41,569 nt of DNA from Hyphochytrium catenoides (Eukaryota > Protista > Hyphochytriomycota), in NCBI GenBank assembly GCA_900088475.1, contig FLMG01003167.1, forward strand, positions 1-41,569, in the 5' to 3' direction. The position numbers were made by a program, and so were the translations under genes. Of this stretch, positions 13,223 to 26,810 are shown in pieces. The stretch's first letter is position 1. Every line of letters begins with the position of its first letter. Below the pieces are notes generated by a model. It was not told the origin of the DNA. It was given only the letters and a program-made list of their open reading frames with translations, and made no database searches.

Positions 13223-13916
13223 GAAATCTCTCCTCTCTTCTTAGTTCCTTGCGTGACACTCTTCTTTTGGCCCCATCCATGTAGTCCTTCCATGTAGTCC
13301 TTAGCACTTTTCACCGTGACCGCTAATAAGCAATGTTGCATAGACCTTCTCGCTTTCATCGGCCGGACTACCTGTCCATGCGCGCTTCAGACGCATCCGA
13401 ACAGGAACGCAGACAATCAGTTTCGGGGGTTCTCAGGAGGTGAAGGGGTACCTCGCCTAGACCAAGCAGACTGCGCTATCAAACAAGTGCTAGCAGAGAC
13501 TAACAAAGGCATTCAAGGATTGCACGCTTTTGCGGTTTTAGCGGAGAAACGATTTGATGTCACAAGGAAGATGGGCGCTACTAGTTACTCAGTTAGTACT
13601 CTAAACAGCCAATTAATCATGCGATTGACCTTCAACCATTATTTCTGCAATGCCCTCTCTATGACCTGAGCACTCTCTACGGCCCTTCTCGTTAGAACCT
13701 CGGTGGTCTCTTTTCTAGCTTATCCAGCTCTCTATAAACCTGGTGGTATGTGACTTTTGTGCCACATGTCATAATAAGTGTCTTTCTATGCGACGTTCTT
13801 CGGCGGCCCGCATCGCAGGATGCCTAACCGAGAGAGAGACTGGCAACTCTCTCTCTCCCTCTCCTTGTTGCTCTTTCACGTTTTGCCAAGCACGTTCTCC
13901 TCAGTCGTCTCTCTTC

Positions 13917-15689
13917 TTACGCTGCAGCTCTCTGCTTCTGGATGTTTTTGCAGTCTTCCTTGTGAGCCGGCCAATCCTCTAGTTGATGAGCCTTGCTACA
14001 ATAGAAGACGGTCGAGCAGGCGGAACACTTCCCAAGGATGCCTCCATCAGAGCCCTAGTGAACCGGTGGAAGCAGATATGAGCAAATAGCGATGAGTCAA
14101 TGATGTGGACTGCTCGAGACGTGAAAAAGAGAAGGTTTGAAAGTGAGCAAGAAGCAAGACTATCTGCATATAACTGAGAGGGGTTGAAGAAGAAGAGCAC
14201 TTATTGAATAGCGCCTTTCTCTTAGCTCGTCGCCATTCCATAAAGTGATATTTCACGGGAGTTGAGCTCGACAGCAGCCTCTGAAGATATGGAAGCACCA
14301 AAGTGGATAGCGAAAGCTTGAAAGTTACCTTCCCGACTCCACAGACTCGGCAACCGACAGCAGCTTTTACTCCCTCAGCCATCACTGTTCCCCTTGAAAA
14401 GCTTGCCATGAACTCTCTCACTATCGCACGGAGAAAGGCTTCGATACTGGCCTCTCTAACCTTTAGAGTGATGTAGACATCTGCGTCCACTAAAGCACCC
14501 TGCAGCACGGAGGAGAGGTAAGAACTAGAGTGTCGACAGGGCAGAAGCAATAGTGACGTCGGCAGCATTGAAGATGTTCAACAGATGCAGCACATGGTCT
14601 CAAGCAATATTTCACAACCTGTGACCCACGAACCCTTGCAAGGCGGAGGGAAGGAAGATGAGCAATGAGTACGGCGGCAAGTAAGCAAGGAGACCAAAGA
14701 TCTACCGATTGTAGTCCGCTGAGAACAGCCTTCGCAGTGTCTTTAGGGGCCGTAGACTGCAACACTTGCACTCGTTCCTCGGAGTCTGAGGGGTCTACAA
14801 ATGCACAGAGTGCTCCAGTAGGGCAGGACGCCTCCGCAAAGAGGGGCATATTCTTAGCGTTGTGCTGTTGCTGGAGATAGAGGACATCCTACATAAACAG
14901 GAAAGAGAAGGTACCACAGGCATGGCAGGGAAAGTAAGAGGAGGGCATTGGCAGTGCAATGCAGGACGCTCCTGCTTGTTGACGAACGAAATTCAGCTAG
15001 GATAGATCACAGTGGTTCAACTATCAGAAGAAGTCGGCCCCCAACCGTCAAGATAAGCAGAAAGCTAAGGAGAGGACAAAGTTGCAAGGAGAGGACAAAG
15101 TTGCTCCCCTTTTATCAGAACGAGGGTTTGGAGGACCGAGATCGGGAAGCGTCAGTAAGCAGAACGGACAGTAAAGAGGAGGCTTAGCGGATATGGGAAA
15201 GGCAAGCGACAGCCTCCGTCACCTGAAGAAAGCAATCCTTTGTGATTCTCTCTTCCATCAGTGCAATAAGCCCTTTGCCTCCTTTGTTCAAGAGTTCCTT
15301 CTGATTCAACTCCGGCACTAGGACATCCGTAGCCTTTGCCGGTTGTCCCACGCCTTTCCTTCTAGCTGGGAGATCGGGTGAGGCAGCCTTAAGGATCATG
15401 CGCTAAGAAAAAAGAGTGCCAACAGCGATGACGAAAAGAGATTCAAGTCGGGGTTTAGTCTATGGTCGCACTTTCACTTGCAAAGATAAGCAAACAATTA
15501 GATTATTGATTGTACCTGGCCATATGCAGGTAGGCTGAGCCACCACCTCTGAAAGACACCACAGTGCTTTTCCCAGAAGACATAAAGCTCTTCTTTTGCG
15601 TTGAGCTCTGTCCCTAAATGAGTAGCGGCCTCGTCTACCGGCGCTTCAGACTCGTCCCTGGGCTCAGTACCGGCCGTCTTCTCACCCAT
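13917..15689 (-). CDS. MYND-type zinc finger protein (C-terminal zf-MYND), 5 exons
   Basis: Exons 15689-15516, 15402-15223, 14888-14706, ~14499-14329 and 14054-13917, all joined in phase 0 at GT-AG sites. Spliced C-terminus CRVCGVGK|GSDGGILGKCSACSTVFYCSKAHQLEDWPAHKEDC fits the MYND pattern CxxC...CxxC...YCSxx(C/H)QxxxWxxHxxxC. The start ATG (MGEKTAG) is inferred. Confidence 0.85.
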
Positions 15690-16345
15690 GGTAAGCTGGA
15701 TAGTTTCAGGCACCTTGACTCTGGTACCTTGTGGTAGCGATGTAACAAACCTCAAGGGAGGCTACCGAGATGTGATTAAGCCGCTCTCCAAGGTCTTCTC
15801 GGCAATTGACCCCGTTAACTGAGCAGGTAAGCTCTATGATGCGTCCCACGGCATCTGCGATCTGAAGATCTGAAGCTTCATTGAGGCCAGCACCTGACCA
15901 CATCTTCAAGCTCTGAACCTCGAGTCTGATTCTTATTGCACATCACCTAACGAGCTCTCCGAAGTTAACATTACACGACTGGCTTCGTCCTATCAAATAC
16001 GACGGACAGCTAAAGCCAAACCGAGGTTAAAATTACCCCCGAAGATAGCCCCATTATACATGGCTTCATTGAAAGATTAGTCTTGGTCTTTAGTTTCGGA
16101 CAGAAGATGAGGAGAGATGAAGTTTTTTTCTATTTCAAGAGCTCACAATGGTCCATGAGTTCTATGATGAGGAAGGATGGTGAGGGACAGTGGCAGCTGG
16201 GAAGTCTGCAGCGCTCTGCCCTCTATCAAGGCTGAGATTCGAGGCTGAGAGGCTCTGGCGCTTGGCATTGGCCACTTGAAGGCCCGATCGCTGGCTGATT
16301 GTTCTCTTTACGGAGCTTCAAAGGAGTTGGAGCTTTAGACTAAAA

Positions 16346-18944
16346 ATGGATTTGTATGGGGACCTCATTCCCAATCGCCCGGGCAAGTCTGGGTATAGCT
16401 TCTCCTTGGTGAAGTCTTCCGAAGGTAGCCAATCGGCGGCTTCCCCTACTGGGAAAGCAGAGGCATCCCCGAAAAATGATGATAAGAGCGGTCAAAGCCT
16501 AGGGGGCAACTCTGCGAAGAAGGCGCCGTTCCCAGGTCCTGGCGGAGGTGAGTCGGCAGTCACATGTCACTGTGAAGACCGCTAGGCATATGTAGCACTA
16601 GCTAAACTCTTCTCTATGCGTATGTAGGCTGGTCAAGAACAATGATTGCGCCCAGAATAGTTCGTCGGGATAACATGGGACCGAAGAAGGCCGCCAAGAA
16701 CGCTGCCTCTAGCGTATCCACTATCGCAAAGGTGAAGCTGGAGTTAGGGATCTATCCTCTCCACTTCAATTTCTGCCATCAATGCAAGCTCTTGGTCTTC
16801 TTTAGCTCGTGGGCTAGCTTTATATTCCTGCTGGGAAGCACTTTGTCCTGACCTTTTAGCTATCTTTTCTCTTGCTCTTGATTGTTCCTTTTATCCCCTG
16901 TATCTCCCATCTGCTGCGAATTGATGTGCTGCTCCATAGACTTCTTCGGTCGCTAGCCCTCAGAGCGCGGCATCCGCGGCTGCACCAAAGGTCAGGAAGC
17001 TCTCTTTGTCCATATACATAACGGCGATGGGTGCCATCTGATCCGCAACTAGGCTTTGTGATGACTTCTCCTTCTTCTCGTCTACTTTCTTTATATAAAG
17101 CTTTCTCACGCTTCTCCTTTGTTCCGGTTGTCGATGCTGCGCCACAGGCACCACAGCCTACCGCTTTTCGTACATCTACGGCTCCTGTTCTTGCTCAGGG
17201 CGTTGCATCATTCGCGGACGGTAGCTTGGTTGATGAGTACGATCCCGCGAAACCGAATGACTATGATGAATACTGCCAGGTATCACATGATGAGCATCTT
17301 CTTTCTCCTTATACCTAACACCATCTACCCGACGACTTATCAGGAGCGACAGAAGAAGCTTCAGGATGAGAAGAGACAACAGGACTTGCAAAGAGAATTT
17401 GAGGAGAATGCTCGACAGGTACGGCATCCACGGCGTCGTGCAGGAGAGTTTGCATTTGGCAGGTCTGGCGTACGACTAAAGGCTACATTGTACCTGTGCA
17501 GCGCCAAAAGGAGTTGGAACAGATCAAGAGAGCACGAGAGACGGGAGAAGCTGTGCCATATGTCCCAGCACCGGTTGGCAGAGGCCGGGGAAGGGGTATT
17601 GGTCTGACTATGCCCGCATGGATGACCAAGAAAGAGTAAGTTCCTATCTCACAAGGTCCTTGCGCAGCCCTTCGTCCTGCAGTCTTCGGTCGATGTAACT
17701 CTCTTTGACTTGTATCATTCACAGTCCAGGAAAGGAAGCTCCAAGCCCCGCACCTGCTCCTCAAACCTCACGTTCTGGTTCCTCCGAGGGCCAGTTCGAG
17801 GATGCTCCGAAAGGGTTGGGCTATGAGTCGCCCAAACGAAAGCCCGTGAAAGGTGGGGGACTGAGCCTTGGCGCGAAAATGCTGCAGAAGATGGGATACA
17901 AAGAAGACGAAGGTACCGAGCATTCTTTATCATCTTTTCGTACGTCACTCGAGGGAGTCTTTGACCATGTTTACTTCTTGCTACTTTCTGGGGCCTCGCT
18001 GTATCTTTCTTCTCTCTATCTTGTTCTAATGGGTCTCGCCCCTCTTTTTCGCCGGTCTTTGCCGTCCCTCTTCCGGACGGGTCTGAACAGGCATCGGACG
18101 GCGTCATACCCCAACCTCTTCATCTAGGGATGAGCTGAGGGACGATGATGTTGACAGCTCAAGGGTCATTCTGCTTCAGGTAAAGCTCACTTCAGCTCCA
18201 CAAGGTTGAGTACTTCTCTATTGAGCAGTAGCGATGCTAAAAGGTTGAACTCTCTGCGTCCATCCAGATGACACTTTTCTTCATTCGGTAGTTCGATACT
18301 GCTTACAGTCTAAGTTTCTTCTTTCTTCGTTGGGCCCTGCCTTCCCTCTATTTTTGGTTTCTGATTCTCGTCATGCCACCCAGAACATGGTAGACCCTGA
18401 TGAGGTAGACGACGAGTTAGAGGGAGAAGTGAGAGAGGAATGCAGAAAGTTTGGTGCTGTGGGCAGATGTGTCATCACCCAGAACAGATCTGCTAGACCT
18501 GAAGAAGCTGTTAGAATATTTGTCCAGTTCCACGATAGAGAATCAGCATTGAAAGGTGGGACTCAACAATCAAGGCTGTTCTGCGGCTGCGTTGAAGTGT
18601 GTACCCCAATGCTCCTCTTATTTTTCTATTATGAGACAAATCCAGCCTAACGGTCGGGCTGCTGGGCTGCCTGTTAGTTCCGTTCCGCTGTGCCACTGGT
18701 ATCCGACCTTTGGTGGGCAACCATACCCCAAATGGTGGTGAACCTTTTTTTTGCCGCCTCCGCTCTGTGCTTTGACGTGGTTTGCGTCGTATGAAGCGCT
18801 ACTATGCTAATGTCTGCTATCTCTTCACGATGCTTCCAATCAAATGCAGCCCACGCGCATTTAAACGGGCGCTTCTTTGGAGGCAGAAAAGTGAAGGCAT
18901 CCTTTTATAGCGAGCGGAAGTTTGACAGAGACCAGCTTTCGTAG
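16346..18944 (+). CDS. RBM17: Splicing factor 45 / DRT111-like protein (SPF45 motif, G-patch, C-terminal UHM/RRM), about 10 exons
   Basis: N-terminal MDLYGDL; SF45 motif [14 protein letters not shown]; GRGRG...MPAWM; G-patch-like [17 protein letters not shown]; [36 protein letters not shown]...EAVRIFVQF...[16 protein letters not shown]; stop TAG at 18942-18944. Confidence 0.93.
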
Positions 18945-20375
18945 AGCGAGCAGATCAGCACGGCATAGGAGCATGCTGAGCCTGTTACTCGCCCAATGAA
19001 GTGTCTGGAGAACGGACGGAAAGTGTAGACAAGTTCCAGCGTGAGATATGGAACATTGGCAGGAGAGAGGAGGCTATTTCGAGACCGCCTGATGGACGCT
19101 GTTTACCCTTGTTTATAGTGGCTGTAAAGTGCAGACATGCTTGAAGACTTCCTGCTCCTCATCCGGTCTATCTCTTGCCAGTCCTAGCGACTATTTGGTC
19201 GTCCGCCTCGGCCCTAGGGTTGACCGAGTTAGAATGGAGACCTCTATGAAACACCTAGCTAGGACACTGTACTACTATTTAGAGAGCGTAGAATAAAGAT
19301 TCTGATGCCACGCTAGACTTGTCCATGGGCCTGCTACGGAACACTCTTTTACGTTATCAGGGCTGCGTCGCTCTGTCGCACCCACAGGACTACACTTAGC
19401 TCGATAGATGACGGGACTGACGGAGGGGAAGTGCACACAGAGAGAAAAGCGCTCACAGCAGGAGTGCTCTTTCAACTGTTGAGACGCTGAAGACCACGTA
19501 TAAAGATGAGGAGAGAAATCAGTGGAGGGAGTAGAGTCTAGTCTAGTCTGAATTGAAACAGCAAGGTTGAGAGACATGCAACATATATCGAAGCGGCGAA
19601 TAAGAAACAATGAGAAGTTACGAGGCAGAGAGAAGAGCAACTGTGCTTTGCTGATGATGAGAAGACACACAAGACGCCTGTGCATGGCTTATTCTCCGTT
19701 CTCCCGCTTCTCTGAAACGGCGAACAAGGATCACTGTACGCACTAATGCACGTTGCTGTCTCCTCGCCAACTAACGCGCAGTCGAGGAAGAAGTGAAAGC
19801 CAAATATCACCACGAAATGGTCAGCTCCCGTCTGTTCTTGACTTGGAAACAACATGCAACCGGCAGCATTGTTATAAGCATCAGCGGATCTAGGGCTTCA
19901 CACGTCGGAATGATGATATGGAGATCAGAGCTTGAAAAGGAAGAGGCTCCCCTCTGATGTCCCAGTTCAGTAAAGGCTACGGAACGAAGAGGAACACAAG
20001 GTAGCTTTGAGTAACAGTCCATAGAATTATAAAGGTATGCAGACCAGGAGGAGCTACCATTCATTGCAAGCTACGCTAGCTAGATCTCAAGTCATCGATA
20101 AGCTCAATAACGTCTCTAGAGAGAACGTCAGACACGCGGCATCATAATGGATCTGAGCTTCAGCAGGCGGGCGATGGAGATCAAAGGAAGAAGATTGTGG
20201 CGATCTGAGAGCATCACATGATGGTCATTGTGATTAGATCAGGGGGTGGAGCTCCCAAGGTATGGTCGGGGCATGGGGTCTGGCACTATTAAGCTCAGAG
20301 CATGGCCCCGTCACACCAAGGAGTGCGAGGTTATGCCTCTCTTGTCAGTACCGTTAACGGCTCTCAGGTATCTAT

Positions 20376-20535
20376 GAGAGAGGACGGAGAGGCAGAGAGA
20401 GAGACAGAGAGAAAGAGAGAGAAAAGAGAAAGAGGGAGAGAGAAGAGGAGAGAGGTGGGAGGGGTAAGGGAAAGAGACAGAGAGAGGAAGAGAGAGAGAG
20501 AGACACGCAAGCGAGAGAGATGGCGAAAGAGAGAG
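20376..20535. repeat. Degenerate (GA)n low-complexity tract upstream of HIS6
   Basis: Visible GA-rich run. It explains the ER-rich stretch in ORF 20302-21015. Confidence 0.9.
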
Positions 20536-20760
20536 TGCTTTTTACAGCTGTTGTGGCCTACTCTACTGAGGGAGGATTCTGATCGTGCTGATCGTGCTGA
20601 GCCGAGGAGCTACCAGGGTGCTGAAGACTTTTTAGAGGTCGTGCTAGGCAGCCACCTATCCTGCATCTCTCCCGACATACCTCCCCACACCTCTGTCTTG
20701 TCCTTCCCCTCCTTCCCCTTCCGCGATCGATTAACCCGTTCGCGGCTCAGGACAGCAAGA

Positions 20761-21193
20761 ATGAAGTTCCGTCCGTGCATTGACCTGCACCAAGGAGTCG
20801 TGAAGCAGATCGTGGGGTCAACCCTCACAGAGAGCAGTGGCGACTTGCAGACCAACTTTGAGTCTCAGAAGTCGGCGAGGCACTATGCAGAGCTCTACCG
20901 TCATGATCATCTCAAGGGCGGACACGTCATCATGCTGGGAAAGAGTAAGGAGAATGAGGAGGCGGCGCTGGAGGCTGTGAGAGCGTATCCTGGAGGGCTG
21001 CAAGTAGGAGGTTAGACTCCACTCTTCTTCCAGGCCATCCTTCTAGCCTACGTCTCCAAGCTTTACCCTGGGTCCATGCCGGACTTGTCTATCTTCCTGG
21101 CTTCCTTGTTTCTTCTTCTTCCATTGGAGAAGGCATCTTCATTTCACTCTATCGGCTTCTATCTCCCTCTTTCTCTTTGTTTCCCTCTCTCTA

Positions 21194-21234
<41 letters not shown>

Positions 21235-22698
21235 GTGCCTAACTCTCATTCTTGCTGCTCATCCTGTCTTTCTGCCTTGCTGCCTCGGGCCGTATGGCTC
21301 TCTCTTTTTTACCTGACAATTTTTTTCTTCTTCCTTCAGGCGGCATCACTCCCGATAACGCATTCAAATACCTTGATGCTGGAGCCAGCCACGTGATCGT
21401 CACCTCGTATGTCTTTAAGGATGGAAAGCTAGACTTTGAACTGCTAGACGGTCTCTCGGTCGCCGTAGGGAAGGAGAAGCTGGTAGCTCACAATCAACGC
21501 TTTTCTTGGTTGTCCTTCACTTCCTTCAGTTTCCGTGGAACTTCCTCTGTCTTCGCTCCTCAGTCCCGTTCTCTCCTCTCCCTTATCCAAGCCCGACAAC
21601 ACGTTTTCTGACTCGTAAGACGCAGGTCCTGGACCTGAGCTGCAGAAAGAAAAAGGCAGAGGATGGGACAGAAGCCTACTTCGTGGTCACAGACAGATGG
21701 CAAAAGTTCACGGACCTTCAGATCACGTGAGAGCTTTCCTTATTTCTATCCTGACCTCTGTACACTGCAATGCTGTCTGCTTTGCTTCTCTGTTTATGTT
21801 GATCCCAAGGCGCTAAGCTTGTCACCGCTGGGGCTTAAAATCCTCTAACATCGGATATCTCCTATCCTCGCCCTTTTGTAGTGAGGAGACGCTGCAGCGC
21901 TTAGCGCACTACTGCATTGAGTTTCTAGTGCATGGCGTAGACGTAGAGGGCATGCGAGTCGGGATCCAGGTATTATAGTGCCAAGCTCCTGTTGGCCACA
22001 CCAACTTTATTTGTCACTGTGGCATGTCTCTCCTTAGCCATAGAGATACTCATGTTGTACATGGAACCCTGTGGATGTGATAGCCTAGCTCTCAGGTGAT
22101 TGTGTGGTCTCTGACTCTCAAAGCTTGCAGGAAGACTTAGTGGAACTGCTAGGTCGATACTCACCGATAAGGACGACTTACGCAGGCGGAGCCAACTCTA
22201 TGGTAAGCTACATCTTGCCGGGCGTTGCAACTATCAGTGTCAAAGCTGTTTGGATGATAGTTCTTATGTTCGGCACAATTTCCACAGTTGCAGAATGCTA
22301 TGGAAGAGTCGTTGTTTTCGTCTGCTGATTTTCTAGGTCACCTGTATAATCCTTTGAGACTATCACCTTTAATGACCTTATTTTTATCAGGATGATCTGG
22401 AGAGAGTTAAAAGGCTAGGCAATGGCAAGGTGAGCCTCACACGCTTCATATTTGACTTTGCTTGGTCTCCAAAGTCATTCCATGTCATGCTTCGTCCCCA
22501 TCTCTCACCGATCCTTTTCCTAAGCCCTTCCATGTCATCTCTTACCCTCCTGACGATCTGAAGGAGCTCTCCGGCCAAATTTCACTTATTTTCTCTCAGG
22601 TGGACCTGACTATCGGAAGTGCTCTCGACATCTTTGGCGGGGATGTCAAGTATGCAGATGTGGTTGAGTGGCAGAGAAAAGAGGAGGATCAAGCGTGA
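20761..22698 (+). CDS. HIS6: ProFAR isomerase (histidine biosynthesis, eukaryotic HIS6/HISN3 type), 7 exons
   Basis: Exons 20761-21010, 21340-21482, 21626-21726, 21882-21969, 22131-22202, 22391-22429 and 22600-22698. Motifs [81 protein letters not shown] and [13 protein letters not shown]. Confidence 0.97.
21198..21230. repeat. (CT)n microsatellite in HIS6 intron 1
   Basis: Directly visible. Confidence 0.95.
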
Positions 22699-23031
22699 GA
22701 GGTGGTAGAATCATGACTGGCCACTCTCGGAACAAGGGCTCTCTCCTCCTCCCACAAAAGTGGCTTGAAGCCCAAGATTGGTGGACTTTCAGTCACCATA
22801 CCCACATCAAAGGAGCTGCGTCATATCCAGGGACAGACAAACTCTTTCTTTTTGTTTTGTGCCCCTTGACATCTGTTTATGACTGCTCTCGCTGTCCTTC
22901 GTACTCAGCCTGAGGAAATTCAGACTTACTGTTGTCTGATGCGGTGCTCTGCTAGACCTATGGTTTGACCTCTATATAGCCCTGAGTCTGCTACCTTTCT
23001 TAAGATATGGGGGGACTTTAAAAGACATCCC

Positions 23032-26000
23032 CTAGCCTCTTGGCAAAATCTTTGTGCTGATCAGCTCTTGTGGTCCATGTCCTCCTGTTTTCACTGTGTT
23101 GTCGGCGGCTGAGTCCTCTGGTTCATACTCCACCTTATACTGCACACTAGACGATAGAGAAATAAAGCGTAGAGGAGAATATGCCAAGCCAACTAGGCTC
23201 TGAGCTGTGTAGAATAGGATGGTGAAGAGAGCGTCCAACGTCATACTCAAGGGAGAACGCTGAAGCAAAAGAAAGAAGACGTGTCGCTTCTCGTCTTCTC
23301 CAACATCAACTCCTGGGCGAGCTACCTCCAGAACCGTCGAAGGGGGACGAGGGTAACCGACTCCAGGGAGAATGAGGAAAAAGAGCCCGCAGTAGATTTC
23401 AACCATCAGTAACGCTGTCGTGTAGGGGACTAAGAGGCTTCTTCTCGAGACACCAAGCAGTAGGACCGTGTCCTGGAAGATGAGAGCTACGGAGACGGAA
23501 ATTCCAACGGAGACCATCAGCAGCCACCTGTGCGAGATAGACGAGGAGTGGGGGAAGACCATGGTTAGGGACGATATAACTTGCGCCACTACTATCAGAT
23601 ATCCAGGAATAATTATTAATGGGAAAGAGCGAGATCCCGTGAAAGAGGCCATTTTATGGGGGAAGAACCAAGGGGTCATTCCCGCAAAGTGTACCGGAAA
23701 ATGTTTGTTCGAGAGAGCACACTATTGAATGAGCTCAGTCGATGATGAGAGTAAACGGCGCAAAGACCACCGTGGGTCTCAGACGTCGGAAGAACAGACT
23801 GAGATATGTGTCAGCAAGTCATCAGAGGATGTCCAAGGGAGGAAGTAAAGGAGCAGCCGGCACTTCGTACCTCTCATCCCAATGCAGGAGCATTCCACTG
23901 ACGATAATGAACTCCACGAGAGAGAACATAACTATCCAGACGTCGAAGGAAGACAGGAGTCGAGCCAATAGCACTGGATGAGCTAGTGAGACGAGTAACA
24001 GATTTGTAAACAACGAGAGTGAGAAGAGCAGCAGGGAAGGTCCTGCTACTTGCTCTCTGTCAACGACTCCCGAGAGAATGAAACAATGCACGCAAAGGCA
24101 AGCGATTGTGGTGAGGATAAGGAAGGTCTCTTTGCCTGCCAGCCAGGGAGGCTCGGAAGAGCCTTGCTGCTTATTCACGGGAGACCCTATAATGTGCTCC
24201 TTTGCATCATCAGTCTGCAGTGGTGATGGTGTGATCTCGTCGCTTCGATGCGCAATAGAAGTTATGGTCGCTACTTTCTTGACTTCCTGTGCCATGTTGC
24301 TTCTCCCTTCCCGTACCCTGGCCTTCGCTCTAGCCCAGCGTTGTTTCATCCATCGAACGACAACTCTCCCAAGGTTATGATAGGCGTCCACACGAAACGG
24401 TTGAAGCTCTGCCTTAAGCTTATAAACCCTGCGGCCTCGGCGCCTAGGACGTTTATATAAAGTGACAAGATTAGTAAACCAATAACGGATGTGATGCAAC
24501 ATTGGCATCATCATGAGGTCAACAAAGATACCCGACCAGATGAGGAAGAATGATGGCCGCCGTGAACAGCTCAGACCGATTCAGGCGGCGCTGAGGAGGG
24601 GACGAGGAGGCACAGTGGCGAGCGAGAGGAATTAGAGTGATAAACAGAGCGAAAAGATCATCACTTACTGCTGCCGCCTAACCTCCTTCGCTCTCTTCGA
24701 CCCAATCTTCTCGGAGTCAACCGCCAGGCCAACCCTCCTTAAGCTCGTATTTTTCAGTGAATGACGGCGCGTCTGGGGCTCAACGCTTCTCCTATTCTCT
24801 GCTACAGCACCTAGGCGTATAGTCTCCTCCTTACTCATTCTCAGGACCTCTTTAGATGTTGAACATGACGCAGCAGCAACAGCAACCTTCGGTTCCTGAG
24901 CTTCTACACCTACTGCGGATTTGCTGACAACAACCACCGTCCCTAAGAGTTTGGCCCTCGTCCCAGTTATGTCTCCATTGCCTGCCACAACCCTCTTGGT
25001 GCTGTTGTCTCTATCATTCTTAGGTTCAGTGTTACACGGTATTGTTGCTTCAAGCTCCTCTTCCGTTCTAGTCCCTCGGTATGACTCTACTGGATCTTCT
25101 CGAACACTTGATGTCCCTGGTCCTCCTCCTATCTTTCTCTCGTCCCTCTGCTGTTCCATGCTCAGCGGCCACTTGATGTTTACAAAGTGCGACGTCCCTT
25201 TCTGAACACCTGCTGGTGGTCTAATCTTCTCTATACATTTCTTTAGCTGCTGACAATCCAGCAGCGCAATAACCAGAGTCGAGTCCGCTGCTATCAGCCA
25301 AGGCCTTACAGGGACGCGAAACAGAGTTATCTCTGTGGCCTCCATGAGTCCTTCATGGGGTGAGAGATACAGAATGTACGCTACCCTACATGATAAAGAC
25401 ATAGGGTTAGGGAGGGAGGAGTCATATGAGGACCCATGGCTATGGGACAGAGGGAAAGAGCTTGTGACTTCCACCACCAGCAACGCAAAGACATCGACGA
25501 TACAAGGCAGGGTGACGAAGCCAACTGGGAGAACAGGAAGAAGAGCGGTTATTAGAATGACGGGCACGTAGCTCATCATCTATGAAAAGATGCCAGACCA
25601 CCATCGGGTTTTACAAGGTTTTTTGAGGAGAGCTAGGATGTACCGCAGGAACAGGGCGATGGAAGTCGCAACTCCTATTAGAGCGATAACCGCGGTTGTC
25701 TTGTTAAGACCAATCGTAGGCATCGAGTCCATTAGCACCGGGTTCATAGCTCCCAGAAGGAAAGCCAGGACGTGAGCAACCGCACGGACGAGTTGTCCCT
25801 GGGAGCTAAAGTGATAACCGAAGAGGATCATACCTGGCAGGCTCTGGAACACAAAGAACCACACAGAGAACTGGCGGAACGTCCGTCGAAGTAGCCTGAG
25901 GTGGAGCTCGAGGACCAGTCCCATGCTATATATGGACATCCCTAGGGCCGTGGTATAGGATGCTAAAATTAGGCCGGGTCCCGCGTGCAGCTCTCTATGT

Positions 26001-26347
26001 TCCATGAGATAGAAAGCACCGATAAGAGCGAAGACGAGGCTGAGCCCGATAGTAAGGCCATAGAAAGGAGAATGAAGCATTCGATGGTACACTCGATGAG
26101 CTTTGCCTTGGAAGGCGATTTTGCTGACCGTCTGTCGAGCATCTAAACTTTCAGGAACATACTCAGGCGCCGGCTTGATCGTCCAGTACCTAACAGGTAA
26201 TATTAGAGACGGAACTGGTGGTCCTGGAAGGACTGCTGACGAGGAAGAGGGTCGTTGAAGGCTACTATGCGGTGTCGAAACATCATTGGCAGCAGCAGTA
26301 AGAGGAGAAGGTGGTGCAGAGACATCGCCCGATGGTCTCTCTGCCAT
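23032..26347 (-). CDS. Unknown ~12-TM (6+6) membrane protein, paralog A (829 aa)
   Basis: Exons 26347-25644, 25385-24669, 24443-23871 and 23527-23032 (sum 2490 nt, all introns phase 2, GT-AG). Shares YWTIKPAPEYVPESLD, PWLIAADS, HPVLLARLLSSFD, FQDTV and RSPLSMTLDA with paralogs B and C, and the first-half motifs with D. Confidence 0.88.
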
Positions 26348-26810
26348 AGCTTGGTTGCCTTAAAGCTGAGCAGGGAGTAGGAGGCAGGGCTGCTAAATCA
26401 CATACACCGTGCAGCCTATCGAACAAAAGGTCATTGCACCGCCCAAGACAAGAAGATTGCCCAGCCATAAGCAGCTGTTATGGCGCTTGCTCGTCTCACG
26501 CGGTACCCAGACGGCATTGGTCACCACTCATCAAGCTCTCCTTATGCGTAATGCCGTTTTCTGGCTACATCTGCTGAGACCAGCAGTGCCGTCCACGGCA
26601 GGAGGCAGGAATGAGCAGGGAGAAGGGGTAAACAGCTGCTGGGTGTACCTGTAGGGAGGAGGAGGAGGAGCTTGAGGTGCGGCGATTGGCCTCCAATAGC
26701 AGGTGAGAGGAGGAGGAGAATGAAGAGAACAGAGAGAGAAACTCAGGTGGAAAGGCAAACAACGCTGATGTAACGCTCATCACTCCTGGGGTAGCACTCG
26801 GGTGGTATCT

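Noticed and set aside
15706-15909. Extra upstream exon of the MYND gene
   Set aside because: Joining it needs a ~30-nt intron, much shorter than any other intron traced here (64 nt or more). The ATG at 15689 is the simpler start, although this is not excluded.
19275-20064. Spliced minus-strand gene between SPF45 and HIS6
   Set aside because: There are some acceptor-like sites, but I could not build a consistent in-phase exon chain or recognise a motif.
20302-20760. 153-codon N-terminal extension of HIS6 (possible targeting peptide)
   Set aside because: The frame stays open mainly because it crosses a GA microsatellite with few possible stops. Homology begins at MKFRPCID (20761) and the ER-rich sequence is not transit-peptide-like.
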